A stretch of 62,922 nt of DNA, counting the filler, from Basidiobolus meristosporus CBS 931.73 (Eukaryota; Fungi; Basidiobolomycota): assembly GCA_002104905.1 (NCBI GenBank). It is 5 parts of 5 records of this genome, joined end to end, with 100 filler letters (N's around TTAATTAATTAA, not from the genome) between each part and the next. Parts side by side here need not be neighbours in the genome. Positions count along the whole stretch, not along the records: positions 10,017 to 25,357 come from MCFE01001151.1; positions 25,458 to 40,735 come from MCFE01001154.1; 3 more parts are not named here. One strand, given 5' to 3'. Below the pieces are notes generated by a model that worked only from the letters and a program-made list of their open reading frames with translations, ran no database searches and was not told the DNA's origin. Shown piece by piece: positions 25,349 to 37,959 of this stretch (positions within the stretch are counted from its first letter, which is position 1; each line of letters opens with the position of its first letter). Made by a program: the position numbers and the translations under genes.

Positions 25349-25357
25349 GAGAGTCTG

Positions 25358-25457
25358 NNNNNNNNNNNNNNNNNNNNNNNNNNNNNNNNNNNNNNNNNNN
25401 NTTAATTAATTAANNNNNNNNNNNNNNNNNNNNNNNNNNNNNNNNNNNNNNNNNNNN
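25358..25457. other. Assembly gap spacer
   Basis: 100 bp of N with a central TTAATTAATTAA. Confidence 0.98.
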
Positions 25458-26477
25458 TCACTTCATGTTGGTCATCATCAATCAGTTCACCCAGAAGTAA
25501 CTCACTGATGGTCAGGCAAAACGGCATGCGCAGGCACGCCTTGACGCGTTGAGATGGCCCTTGGCTGAGTTCGATGTGATGCCACATGTTGACACGACTC
25601 GGTCCGCTCCAATGGACTTGTGTCTAAATGAGCAGTTTGGCGAGTTCTGGTAGTTTTGCTCTGAAGCGCGCGGGTTGACCCAAACTCGCGTTGACTCAAT
25701 GCGCGTTGACTCAATGCGTGTTGACTCAATGCGGGGTGTTCTGTTAAAGGGTGTTGGCGTGGTCTGGACTGATGTGCGCCGGCGCGCTGTGGTTGCAAGA
25801 GATGGTAGGGAATCCAGCAAGGCGTGCTGGCACAATCTAGACAATGTTGCTCGCGGTCTGTATTCTTCCTCCTGAAGCTCACCATCTGATTCCTCAAGGT
25901 ATTCACTTACCCTCTGTCTGATACTTTGGAGCTGTTGCCTGGATGAGTCCTGTGTATATTGCTCTTGGAAGCCACTTAGCTCTACTAATATATCACGTAG
26001 TACATTAGTCATTTGAGGCAAAAACTCATTCAAAATCTCTTTGGTTCCCAAAGTTGAGGCACAAACGGACGCGTCCGGCCAGTACTGTGCAAATTGCACG
26101 CGAAATCGTTCCCGCGTGGCTTCCTTGTCAAATCCCCTCACTCTCAGCTCATTCTTGATTTCAATACTTGTCTTGTTATATATCTTTTGACATACATTGG
26201 CTGGCATCTTGATGTAGAACTCATGCCACAGCTTTCTACTCAAATTCTTCCATCTTTGTCAACTCTCTGAGGTATCTAGTTCTGCTAGATTAATCAGTAG
26301 TGCCCAAATATCTGTATGAAGGCTCATCATAGACACTTGGGCTATACTAAAATCATTTGGCAAGAACTTGAACGGATCCGACATCGACTTTTCCGGTCTG
26401 GACCGTGCTAGTGAGCTGGGGGATGGGTTTTGTCTGGGTTGTACTAAAGATGAGTTGAGGCTTGGTATGGGGACCAT
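25458..26477 (-). CDS. ORF2 (accessory protein) of the PHIS element; in-frame stops at 26259 and 25512; truncated by the gap
   Basis: ORFs 26259-26477 and 25512-26243 share a frame across a single TGA; copy C reads SLQRW at this position; RIEST x3 from a 15-bp repeat. Confidence 0.65.
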
Positions 26478-26836
26478 AGCAACGGATTTGGATACTTATA
26501 CAGCAGTATATTGGCATCAACCTGGTCTTATATGAAATATATATGAAAACTAAAGTGATTGTTGAATTTTCCATATATTATGCATGATGCATCTTGGATC
26601 GCGTTGACATGGATCAGATCACATCAATCGCAGATTTCCTATTTGATTATAGACCTATGATTAAAGCATCAATAAAAGTACCAAGGCATTGTTTGCGGAT
26701 GATTTTTGCAACATAATGATGGGATACATGGCAACTGATGGAGATTTAACCATAATGTGTTAAAAATCAGATAAATAACGCAGATTGCGCCAAATCAATT
26801 CAAACCGCCTCTATACAATCATCCATCAATTTTAAT

Positions 26837-27688
26837 ATGACTTACTCAGCTGAATGGTCTTTTCTCATCAATCCTATCACTACCACTGGATTTCCTTTTG
26901 ACACACTGGAGGAGATCTATTCCAAGTACTGTGGACCATCAACCCCAATCTACTCAAGGAGATCCCTTGTTAAGCTTCTCTGCTACTACAAGAACTATTG
27001 CCCTACAAGGTTTCATCCCACCATCCATGGCAACAAAAGTCCTAGAAGCTTTCATTCCCAGCTGACAGCAATGGAGAACCACCTTGCAGAGGGTATGAAT
27101 GACTTAGAGCAAGCTTGGAATACTAGGTTCAGAAGCTCCAATAGACTTCCATATCCCAGAGTGTTCAGCAACAGGTTCCATATCAGGAGTATTTTGGATA
27201 CCTTCCCAGTGAGGATTAACAGACCTTCTAGAGGGCAGAGGCACTTTTATTCTGGCAAGTACAAGGCACACTGTGCGAAGTTTCAAGCACTGTCTGACAT
27301 TGAGGGTAACATCATCTGGTTTAGTGGGCCATTTGCTGGAAGTAGGCATGACAAAGCACTCTGGGTAGAGAATCATCCTGAATTCAGTAGAGGGGAGAAA
27401 TGTATGGCAGACTTGGCCTATATAGGAGAGGATTGTCAGAGATTAGGATGTATTACAGCGTATAGGAAGCCAAGGAATGGTGTGCTTAGCAGGAAGCAGA
27501 AGCTCTACAATGAGATATTTAATCATTTCAGAGTAAGGGTAGAGCACACATTTGGATATCTGAAGAGATTCAGCATATTGGCAGGTAAATACAGAGGAAA
27601 GTCATATATAGGTGAAAACAGCAGAATAGGCAAAATAGTTAAGATACTATTAATGCACAGTATGTTCATACAAGAAGACATCCACTGA
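26837..27688 (+). CDS. DDE transposase, DDE_Tnp_4 (PIF/Harbinger/ISL2EU-like), 283 aa, intact
   Basis: ILDTFPVRINRP (D1), YSGKYKAHCAK, GSRHD, MADLAYIG (D2), YNEIFNHFRVRVEHTFGYLKRF (E). Confidence 0.92.
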   Translation: MTYSAEWSFLINPITTTGFPFDTLEEIYSKYCGPSTPIYSRRSLVKLLCYYKNYCPTRFHPTIHGNKSPRSFHSQLTAMENHLAEGMNDLEQAWNTRFRSSNRLPYPRVFSNRFHIRSILDTFPVRINRPSRGQRHFYSGKYKAHCAKFQALSDIEGNIIWFSGPFAGSRHDKALWVENHPEFSRGEKCMADLAYIGEDCQRLGCITAYRKPRNGVLSRKQKLYNEIFNHFRVRVEHTFGYLKRFSILAGKYRGKSYIGENSRIGKIVKILLMHSMFIQEDIH

Positions 27689-27903
27689 GAGAAATGTGTC
27701 TGGAGCATTATGAAGAGTAAATAAAGCAAGGAAAGTACTATTCTGAGCAACATAAGTAAGATTGAGTAAAATTACCAGTAACTGTATCATACCACTGGCA
27801 TCATGGTAGAAATTATAGTGCCAGATAGTGCCGTAGAGTGCCAGATCAATCCGGCACTATAAACCGGCTGGCACTATGTGGCACTATCCAACGAAACAAG
27901 TCT

Positions 27904-30847
27904 ATAGTCCATATTGTGAATCCTAGTTGATGAGTGCAACACTAGTGCTTGACTGAGTTGAATTGCTCCAGATGATGTAACAGAACCAGCCTGAAGCTCC
28001 ACATGCTCACAGGTTCTTTTATTTGTTAAAGGCTCTGGTGGTGGAGGTACTTCATGTGGGTCATTGTAAATCAGTTCACCAGAAGTAACTTGCAGATGGT
28101 CAGGTGAAACAGCAAGCACAGGTGCAACTTGATGCATTGGCATGGCTCTTTGCTGAGCTTGATGTGATGTTACATGTGTTATGTTATACTGCTTGAATGT
28201 TTAAGTTAGATCAGCTTTTAGTCAAATCAATTAGTTGCATGCTTAGCCTATCAATATATCAGTGCTATCTATCAAATCTGTAGCATTAGTCAGCAAATGA
28301 ATTCGCAGATCCTTATCAGAGAAAATAGATATACCAAGTACAATCTTATTTGGTGATGATGATGCTATCAAATGAGTCATCAGCCACAACCTACATTAGG
28401 CAATACAATTAGTCAGCAAATGATCAGGCAAAATGTATAACAGGAGCTGCTGGAACCTTGATAATAATCAGTTTAAGTTTTAATGAATACAATACTAGCT
28501 TAACTCCCTATTCCTCTACAACTCTTATATCAAGAGTTGTAACACATGTTGACACAACTTGTCCTGCTCTAATAGACATGTGTCCAAATGAGCAGTTTGG
28601 TAAGCTCTGGTAGTTTTGCTCTGAAGGGCAAGCATTGACCTGACATATGTTGACTTGATGATAGGCCCTCTTGTGTAGGGTGTTGGTGTAGATTGGGCTG
28701 ACATGCACCAGCTTGCTGGCAATACAGGGGATGGTAAGGAGTCAAGCAAGGCATGCTGGTGCAATCTGGATACAGTTGCTTGTGGTCTGTATTCTTCCTC
28801 TTGTAGTTCACCTTCTGATTCCTCAAGGTATTCACTTACCCTCTGTCAGATACATGGGAACTTTTGCCTTGATGAGTCCTGTGCATATTGCTCTTGGAAG
28901 CCACTTAGCTCCACTAATGTGTCACATAGTACATCAGTCATTTGAGTTAAAAACTCATTCAAATCTCTTTGGTTCCCAAAGATGAGGCACAACCAGAAAC
29001 ATCCAGCCTGTACTGTGCAAATTGCGTACAAAATTGTTCCTGTGTGACTTCCTCAACAAATCCCCTCACTCTCAGCTCATTCTTGATTTCAATACTTGCC
29101 TTCTTTTATATCTTCTTACATACATCTGCAGGCATCTTGATGTAGAACTCATCCCACATCTTTCTGCTCAGATTCCTCCATCTCTGTAGGCTCTTTGAGG
29201 TATCCAGTTCTTCTAAATTAATGTGTGATGCCCTAATATCTATATGTAGGCTCACCATAGACACTTGGGCCATACTAAAATCACTAGGCAAGAGCTCAGA
29301 CAGAACCAACATCAGCTTTTTTTGGCCAGACCACACTTGTGAGCTGGGGGATGGGTTCACTCAGGGTTGTACTAAAGATGAGTTGATACTTGGTATAGGA
29401 ACCATAGCAACAGATTTGGATACTGATACAGTAGTGCATTGGCATCAGCCTGGTCTTATATGAGATATATATGAAAACTAATATGATTGTTGAGTTTTCC
29501 ATATATTATGCATGATGCATCTTGGATTGCATTGACATGGATTGGATCCATCAATTGCTGATTTCCTATTTGATTATATACATGTGAGTAAAGTACCAAT
29601 AAAAGTACTATATCATTGTTTGAGGATGAAGTTTGCAACATAACAATGGGGTAAATGGCAACTGATGGAGATCTAATCTTAATGCATGGAAAATCAGATA
29701 AATAAAGCCAATTGTGCCAAATAAATTCAATTCACTTCAGCCAGATCACCTATTGATTTTAATAAGACTTACTCATCTGAATGGACTTCTCTCATCAATC
29801 CCATCACAGCCACTGGATTTCCTTTTGGCACACTAGAGGAGATCTCTACCAAGTACTGTGGATCATCTACCCCAATCAACTCAAGGAGATCCCTTGTTAA
29901 GTTATTCTGCTATTGCAAGAACTATTGCCCTACATGGTTTCATCCCACCATCCATGGCAAGAAAAGTCCCATAAACTTTCATTCCTAGCCAACAGCAACT
30001 GAGAGCTACCTTGCAGAGGGCATGAATGACCTAGAGCAAGCTTGGAATACTTGGCTCAGAAGCTCCAATAGACTTCCATATCCCAGAGTGTTCAGCAACA
30101 GGCTCCAAATAAGAAGTATTTTGTATACCCTCCCTGTCAAGATTAACAAACCTTCTAGAGGACCAAGGCACTTGTATTTGGGCAAGTAAATAGCACACTG
30201 TGCAAAGTATCAAGCATTGTCTAACATTGAGGGTAACATCATCCGGTTTAGTGGGCCATTAGCTGGAAGTAGGCATAACAAAGCACTCTTGGTAGAGAAT
30301 CATCCAGAGTTCAGCAGAGGGGAGAAATGTATGGCATACTTAGCTTATATAGGAGAGAATTGTCAGAGATTAGGATGTATTACAGCATATAGGTAGCCAA
30401 GGAATGGTGGGCTTAGCAGGAAGCAGAAGATCTACAATGAAATATTTAATCATTTCAGAGTGAGGGTAGAGTATACATTTGGATATCTGAAGATATTCAG
30501 CATATTAGCTGTTGAATACCAAGGAAAGTCATATATAGGAGAAAACAGCAGAATTGGTAAAGTAGTTAAGATACTTATCAATGCACAGTATATCCATATA
30601 CAAAACATACACTGAGAGAAATGTGTCTGGAGCCTTATGAAGAGTAAATAAAGCAAGGAAAGCACTATTTTGAGCAACATATATAAGATTAAATAAAATT
30701 ACTAGTGACTATATCCTACCACTGGCATTATAGTAGATATTATAGTTCCATATAGTGCCAGAGCATGGCAGATTGATCCGGCACTATAAACAGGCTGGCA
30801 CTACAAACAGGCTGGTTCTATGTGGCACTATCAAACGTAACAAGTCT
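27904..30847 (+). mobile_element. PHIS element copy C (degenerate), right TIR at 30847
   Basis: ORF2 remnant 27904-29400 (minus), transposase remnant 29764-30620 (ATG changed to AAG, stops); ends gtggcactatcaaacgtaacaagtct. Confidence 0.88.
28177..28544 (+). repeat. Solo LTR family A (368 bp), TSD CATG
   Basis: tgttatg...tgtaaca; catg at 28173-76 and 28545-48; its removal restores colinearity with copy B ORF2. Confidence 0.9.
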
Positions 30848-32010
30848 AATGTACTAAGTGATATATTAGTAAAGCTGAGTGGCTTCTGAGTGCAATATAT
30901 GCTGGACTCATTCAGGCAACAGTACCAAGGTATTAGATAGAGGGTTAGTGAATACCTTGAGGAATCAGAAGGTTAGCTTTAAGAGGAAGAATACAGACCA
31001 CAAGCAACAGTATCAAGATTGCACCAGCATGCCTTGATGGATCCCTTACTATTCTGTGCAACTTAAGTGTGCTGGCACACATCAGTCCTTAGCCAAGTTG
31101 CATCAACAAGCAGCCTCACATCAAACTTGGCCAAAGGCCATGCCAATGCATCAAGTTGTGCCTGCACATGCTGTTACACCTGACCATCAGCAAGACACTT
31201 CTGGTGATCTGACTGATAATGGCCTACCAGAAGTGCCTCCACCACAGGAGCCTTTGGCAAGTCAACAAACACATCAGCATGTAGCACTGCAGGCCAGTTC
31301 AGTAGCATCATTTGGAGCAATTAAGCTTGGCTAGGAGGCAAAATACTGACTACAAGTACTCAAGTAGCCAAGATGATAGTCAACAAGGAAGTAGTTAAGT
31401 GTGCAAAGTAAATCACTATCAAGTGCTTCTGTAGTTATCTCTGTGAGTAAAAAACCTAAGAGAAGATGATGCAATTGTATTGAATTGCTATTGTTTGTCA
31501 TGATCCAAACAATGCATTTTTTGCAATCTAAATCAATGCATTGCAAATTAGTGATCACTAAGTTTTTGATATAAGTAGTATCAAAGTTGTCTCACATTTG
31601 AGACAGAACCCCTATGAATAAAGACCCTGCATATATATACATCACTGGTAACACCAGTGCAGCCATTTGATATGTTTTGCACCAACCTGATTGGATGTGT
31701 GCTAGCTATGACACCTTGTCCAATCACTAGGATCAGGGATTTACTTGCTCACTGGGAAAATGTGATATTTGATGGTGAATCAGGTAGCTTGTGTATTGGT
31801 CAAAGAGCCAACTGGGGGCCAACAACTTCAGGATACTTTTGGACCAATTAATCACTGAGATACCATCCAATTGGAGTGATGGTAACCAAGGTAGTAAATA
31901 TCAATGTAGTTTATAGTGTAATATGCATTTATTTCCATATTTATTAACAAAGAATATCTAAATAGCAGATTTTACCTAACATAATGGCAATATCTAATTG
32001 CGCATTGGGC
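30848..32010 (+). mobile_element. PHIS element copy E (opposite orientation): 3' half of ORF2 and 5' part of ORF3
   Basis: Reverse complement of 19860-21180; begins aatgtactaagtgatatatt right after the copy C terminus. Confidence 0.85.
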
Positions 32011-34200
32011 AATTGGGAATCCCTGCAGAGCTCCAAGCTGACCATATTGCTGAGGAAGATCAGAATGTGGCAAAAGCAGTACCTTCAATTGAAGACCAGC
32101 AAGTGGCTGTCATAACATCACCACCACCCATATTGGCAAATATGTTGTCAGCTCTTACCAAAGCACTAATGAAGCAATTAGGTGCAGTGGCTGATAGGAT
32201 AGATGCAATGGCTCAGAGGAATCAGGAAATAGTCCAGAAACAGGATGAGAGGATAATACATGTAGAGCAATCAGCATCCCATGTAGAGAAGCAGTATCTT
32301 TGCTGCAAAGAAGGAACTCAAGTAGCTCAATGTCACAACTAAGAGTTGAGCCATTTCCCAATGTAACAGCAGAGGAACACTGTTCAATCTTTGAAGCACA
32401 GCAACAGTGTCCAAAGATAAAGCCCACAGAACAACCTATCACTGCATGGGAGGGAGATAATGTGGTGTTTATACCAAAGTCTAAAAATCAAAAGACATTG
32501 AAGAACCATGAAGCCATTGAGTGCAAGAATGAAGAGTGGGCTAATATTCAAGAGGCTGTCAAAAGTCTAGCACACCATCACCTTGAGGCCAGCATACCAT
32601 GGCACTGTTGGGAACTCAAGACCAAACAGAATGTACTTGACTTGTTCCATGAGCATTATTCAGGATTCAAACAGGTAGACAGATTTTGGGCCAGCATTTG
32701 TATGCCAAGAAAGTATCTTAAGAATAGCAGAAACTATCAAAGGCAGAAGCACAAGGGTGCCATGGCTAAAAACCAGCAGCTTCTCCAAGAACCCATTACA
32801 AGCAGGGCTGAAAGCTCTAAACAGCATCAAAGTGATGTCAGGTAGCTGGACAAGTGCCAATAAGGGACAAGCAGGCAGACACAGATGCACCAGCACAACA
32901 TTTATCAAGGAAAGAGTGTAGTACCGCTCAAGAAGCTCTCAGTTAAAGTAGCAGTGAAGGACCAGGCAGTGATAAGAACCAGTTGCTTTCTCATGAGCCC
33001 ATCACAACTAAGGCTGAGAGCTCAAAACAACCAGAAAAGAAATGTCAGGTTGCTAGGAGAGTACCAGCAAGTGGCAAGCAGGTCAAGACAGATGCTTCAG
33101 AGCAGAATTTATGAAGGAGTAAGTGTAGTTCATTGCAAGAAGCACTTAGACAAAGTGGCAGTGAGAGACCTGGGAGTGATAAAGGAAAAGGTAAAGGGAA
33201 AAATATCTACCCAAGCCTGAGACAGGGAAGCATGCAAAAAAAACTGCAGTTCTTGCCAATTAATACCACAAGCCTGGAACAGATTGAGTTCCATCTTAGC
33301 CAATACAAATTACTAACAAGAAAACAGCTGTTTTCACAAGAGTGTGAAGTGCAGCCAGCTGAGCTACATTCCAGCAAGGTATGTGAATTTGCAGAAAAAG
33401 GCAATTCATCTACCACAGCCTCCACATCCTCCATTGATGACAGAGTGGATATCCCACTAACAGACAAGGCAACAACATCAAGAACTTGCAAGACTAGCAC
33501 AATGCCTTCAGTGGAATATTTGGAACATTAATAGGCGCACTAAGAAGTTGCAGCACTTCTTTAAGAGCAGTGCTCAAGAAAATGCACTTGAATATTGCAA
33601 GGATTTGTTGCAAAGACAGGCAGATGAGGTGCTAGCCCTTGCAGTGCTGGCTGAAGACCAGGATGTGTGTAAACCAGTCAATGAACAGTGGCATAAAGCC
33701 ATTGGGTTCCTGCCAAAGTCATGGACACAGATCATTAAAGCAGAAATACTTATTGAGTGGTGGATTCTAAAGGAGTTACTTGTTGAGTGTGGGGTTGGGC
33801 ATAGTGTTAGTGTGGGGTATGGGGACTTGTGTAGGTCAATGCAACTGTTTATTGAGGTACAACTGAAGCTTGAATGGAAATAAATCAATTTGTATGCATG
33901 AAAAGTAAGAGAAATGGCTGAGTCTGGAAGTAAGGAGTGTGAAAAAGAGACAATAGCCAATCAATGTACATAAATGTAGGAGGTGATTGAGTGTCCAGGA
34001 TCAGAAAGTGAGCAAATTGGCAGGGAACCAATCAAAAGCCACTTATATAATGTTGTGATGAAAAACTTTGACCAAGTTTTTTGTGAAATCTGGGGTGCAA
34101 TTATTTTTCAACAGTCTCTGCACAGTGTCCTGACATGATCAGTACCTCTTAGTCACAGGACTTTAAGTATGTGACATCCTTTTTGTGGGATTAATACAAT
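32011..34200 (+). mobile_element. CACTA-associated accessory gene remnant plus repeat R1
   Basis: LANMLSALTKALMKQLG...EWANIQEAVKSLAHHHL..PW..K..V..F..HYSGF....WASICMPRKYLKNSRNY; homologues sit head-to-head with the transposase at 44500-45300 and 47560-48230. Confidence 0.6.
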
Positions 34201-34204
34201 ATTT

Positions 34205-35050
34205 TCTCCTAGGGCTTCTCTGCTATAATAAGAACTATTGCCCTACAAGGTCTCATCCCACTATCCATGGCAACAAAAGTCCAAGAAGCTTTCATTCCCA
34301 GCTTACAGCAATGGAGAACCATCTTGCAGAGGGTACAAATGACTTAGTGCAAGCTTGGAGTACTAGGTATAGAAGCTCCAATAGACTTTCATGTCCCAGA
34401 GTGTTCAGCAACAGTTCCATATCAGGAGTATTTTGAATACCTTCCCAGTCAGGATTAACAGGCCTTCTAGAGGGCAGAAGAACTCTTGTTCTGGCAAGTA
34501 AACAGCACACTGTGCAAAGTGTCAAGCACTGTCTGACATTGAGTGTAACATCATCTGGTTTAGTGGGCCATTTGCTGGAAGTAGGCATGACAAAGCACTC
34601 TGGGTAGAGAATCATCCAGAATTCAGCAGATGGGAGAAATGTACGGCCAACTTAGCCTATATAGGAGAGGATTGTCAGAGATTAAGATGTATTACAGCTT
34701 GTAGGAAGCCAAGGAGTGGTACGCTTAGCAGGAAGCAGATGCACTATGATAAGAAATTAAACCATTTCAGAGTGAGAGTAGAGCTTGCATTTTGATATCT
34801 AAAGAGATTCAGCATATTGGCAGGTAAATACAGAGGAAAGTCAAATATATAAGAAAACAGCAGAATAGGTAAAATAGCCAAGATACTTAGGAATGCACAG
34901 TATATTCACACAAGACATCCATTGAGAAAAATGTGTCTGGAGAATCATGAGGAGTAAACAAATCAAGAAAAGTACTGTTCTGAGTAATATAAGTAAGAAT
35001 CAGTAAATATTCCAGTAACTATATCCTGCCACGGGCATTATGGTGGAAAT
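34205..35050 (+). pseudogene. PHIS transposase fragment (copy D) and subterminal region
   Basis: Colinear with 26975-27810; cut by LTR-B at 35051. Confidence 0.88.
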
Positions 35051-35395
35051 TGTTGTAAAAGCTTGTAATTCCACCTAAATATTCACCTAATTTAGTCATT
35101 TAGATCAGTACCTTCAAATCCTAGAGAATACAGACCAAATTCCTTGTTGGGATTTAGAATATTTTTGCCAAAATACCAGGTACCCAGAACATGAAAATTC
35201 TCAAAGTTGTCCAGACAGCCCCAAAGTTTGCACACATGTTCTTGAGACCTTCCTTAACCTATTCTATGTGCTTGTTATGCCAAAACCATGTAAAAATATA
35301 TATACTACTTTTACATTAAATAAATCATTATATGAAAACCACATAATCTACTTGTTCTCCCAATCACTTCCAATATCTCCAAAACTCTTACAACA
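35051..35395 (+). repeat. LTR family B
   Basis: TGTTGTAA...TTACAACA termini; no TSD match. Confidence 0.8.
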
Positions 35396-35574
35396 AGTAC
35401 CACTTATATTTGATAAGTAATCTGGTAAAGTCCAAATAACTCTCTTACTCTTCTACTCACTTCCAAAATCTTCAAAGCTCTTACTACAGCACTGTTAGAC
35501 TTCCAAACTGCTAGCATTATAAGAGCTTCCTTGTGGGGCCCCAATGGTGCTCCAGATTGGCTCCACCCACAGTT

Positions 35575-35928
35575 GTGTTTATACTTTTACATGGTCTTGT
35601 AAAGACAAACTTACTAAATATGTTTGGGATAGTCCCAGGTACATGTGTGCAAAGCTTGGTGCTCTTTGCACAACTTGGCAAAATTTCATGTTCAGGGTAC
35701 TTGACATTTAAGTGAAAAAATTTTAAGTAAATCCCAATAAGGAATTGGGCCAGATTTTATAAGATTTGTAGGCACCCTACTAAAAGTTACAGGTTAGAAT
35801 TGGTTGGATTTTTGGCTAATACTCAGCTGGTATTCTTCCGGCCTTTTGTTGAATTTTTTTCTCAGGGGTGATAATCCAAGTGGCTAAGTTAGGCAAGTAT
35901 TTAGGTATAATTGCAAAACTTACAGCAC
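35575..35928 (-). repeat. Diverged, inverted LTR family B copy
   Basis: Aligns with 7410-7671 (tacttttacatggtctt..., gtgcaaagcttgg..., ttacagca). Confidence 0.65.
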
Positions 35929-37321
35929 ATATAACTTACCCTGCTGGAGTCTAGGATGGCCCTGGTGTCTGACAACATATTGTGCAAGGAAGATGATGCT
36001 GAGTATAGCATATGAAGCCAAGCATATAGAGTGGTATGAGGCTGCTCATTGACTTCAAAGATATTTACCCTTAATAACTTACCAAAAAGACCAGTAGGGC
36101 ACTAGTAAAATATCAGGGGTATGCCATCAAAATATTATCAGAAAACCGTATGAAATCTAGCTTTGTTATTTTTTTAATAGGCTTACTCCGTATACTTTGC
36201 TCAGGAAAAAAAAATTAAGAAAAGGCCAGGAAAATACCATCATATTATCAGTAGAATCCCAAGTCTCTCAAAACTGACAACTCTCAAAATCTCAGATATT
36301 CGCTGTTGAGAATACAAGCAGACATATTTTCCAGGAGGGGACTAGCCCAGCTAGCCTTCATACCAAATTTGGTCATCAGCTGCTCGCTACTTCCATAAAA
36401 AATGCAACTGAAAATTTGAAGGAAAACCACCAGCGGAGTATCAGCTGAAAATTAGATGAATTCCAAGTTTGAGATTTTTCATAGGGATTTGTATGAAATA
36501 ATAATAAAATCACAAATGATTAATAACCAAGTACTCCAGATGCATCTGAAACTGGTGGATATGGAATCTAATAATCACAGCCACCGCTATAACCCATCCC
36601 AATAATTGGAATGTAATGAATAGCATTCCAACCAATTCTTCCCCTACTTAACTAAGCCGCAGGTATAGATCTTACGATCTGTAAGAAATACATGATGAAG
36701 GGAACATCCGAAGCCCTTCAAGGATGCAACGGTGTTGAATCCAATAACCCACCATAGCCCACCGGTTACCAATGTACTGCAACCATACAGTTTGGGTAGA
36801 AAGGGGCATTTCAATACAGGATTCTCACTGGTTCGGCACAACTTCAGTATATTTCCAAAAAGATTGTAGCTAAATTACTAACTACGACACCAGAAAAGTT
36901 AGGGATGCCTAATGCAACCAGGCTGGCGGACATGAGCCAACAAGCAATGATGATGGGTAAAACTATGCTTGTTTCCGTGGCCAAAGTCACACAAAAATTA
37001 GCCTAACTCTGAGTTATTCTGTTGATATTGATATCATCGGGGGCATATTATCCACTAATGCGAAGTGCTTAACCCAAGTACTTGGAACAGTAGTTCCTCT
37101 TAACAATGGGCAGGACGCAAAAGATCTAAAGTGAAGGTACTACTCATCGATGGGGTAGAAAAGAGGGTTTCAATAGTATCTCTTATATTGGCATTAAAAT
37201 ATGTGTTAATAATATTCTGACTGATGTTCTACATTGCCATTATCTTTGACATTATATCTACAGGCGACTTTTGTATTTTGATGATTGTGAGTAGCATTCG
37301 CTGAATGTTTTCACTACACTC

Positions 37322-37855
37322 TCATGAAACAGTCTTCTCATTATGCTTTCGAAGATGCTTGAGAAGATTCACTCGGCGGGTATACTGCTTCTTGCAGTGC
37401 TCGTACGGACAACCATAGGGCCGGATCCCCGAGTGGCTCCTGTAGTGCCGCGTTAGAGAAGAGGACTAGAATATCAAGGTTAGATGCTGCGTGTCGATGG
37501 GAGTTTGCACATTCTATTGGAAACCTACATCAACAAATGACTTCTGGCAACCGGGCACTTGGCACATGTGAGGCTTTTCCCCCGTGTGTATCCGAAGATG
37601 CACAGTGAGGGTGGACTTTTGGGAGAAGTGTTTGCCGCACTGGGAGCACTCGAAGGGCTTCTCCCCCGTGTGAATGCGGAGATGTCTATGATAGTCTGTC
37701 TTGCGTGCGAACGCTTTCCCACAGAAGCAGATGTTCGATTTCACGCGCACTCTAGACTCTACTTCTGGACTCCCGCAGGTGTGGCTGCTGGGTGGGGATG
37801 GGAGGTACTGGCTCACGGGACTGCTATCTAGATTCAATAGTCGATGGATCTCCAT
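37322..37855 (-). CDS. C2H2 zinc-finger transcription factor, 156 aa, four fingers, two exons (37855-37529, 37465-37322)
   Basis: Exon 1 has HTGEKP linkers; 63-bp intron GTAGGT...CTAAC...TAG; exon 2 continues in frame [41 protein letters not shown]; CpG-rich. The ATG choice is inferred. Confidence 0.9.
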
Positions 37856-37948
37856 TTCGTGCGGAGTGTATACGATTTCAGTTGCGGATGAGGATGGACA
37901 CACGATTCCAAGTGTGGGTGAGGATGGCGAACGGTTGGGGCCAGAGAT

Positions 37949-37959
37949 TATATATATAT
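37949..37959 (-). promoter_or_regulatory. TA-repeat / TATA-like element
   Basis: (TA)n about 95 bp upstream of the proposed ATG. Confidence 0.4.

Larger units (their letters stand above)
25458..27903 (+). mobile_element. PHIS/Harbinger-like element copy B (youngest), right TIR intact
   Basis: Divergent ORF2 and transposase; ends gtggcactatccaacgaaacaagtct; GTGCC/GGCAC subterminal repeats; CpGs retained in ORF2. Confidence 0.9.

Noticed and set aside
10017-25357. gag-PR half (10017-11679) and RT-IN half (21953-25357) as one scrambled element
   Set aside because: Flanks do not give a matching TSD (aagg versus ctca) and the decay levels differ.
37514-37903. The ORF-track version of the zinc-finger protein (GTG start, ending VGFQ)
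   Set aside because: It reads into the intron; the spliced model with ATG at 37855 adds the rest of finger 3 and finger 4.
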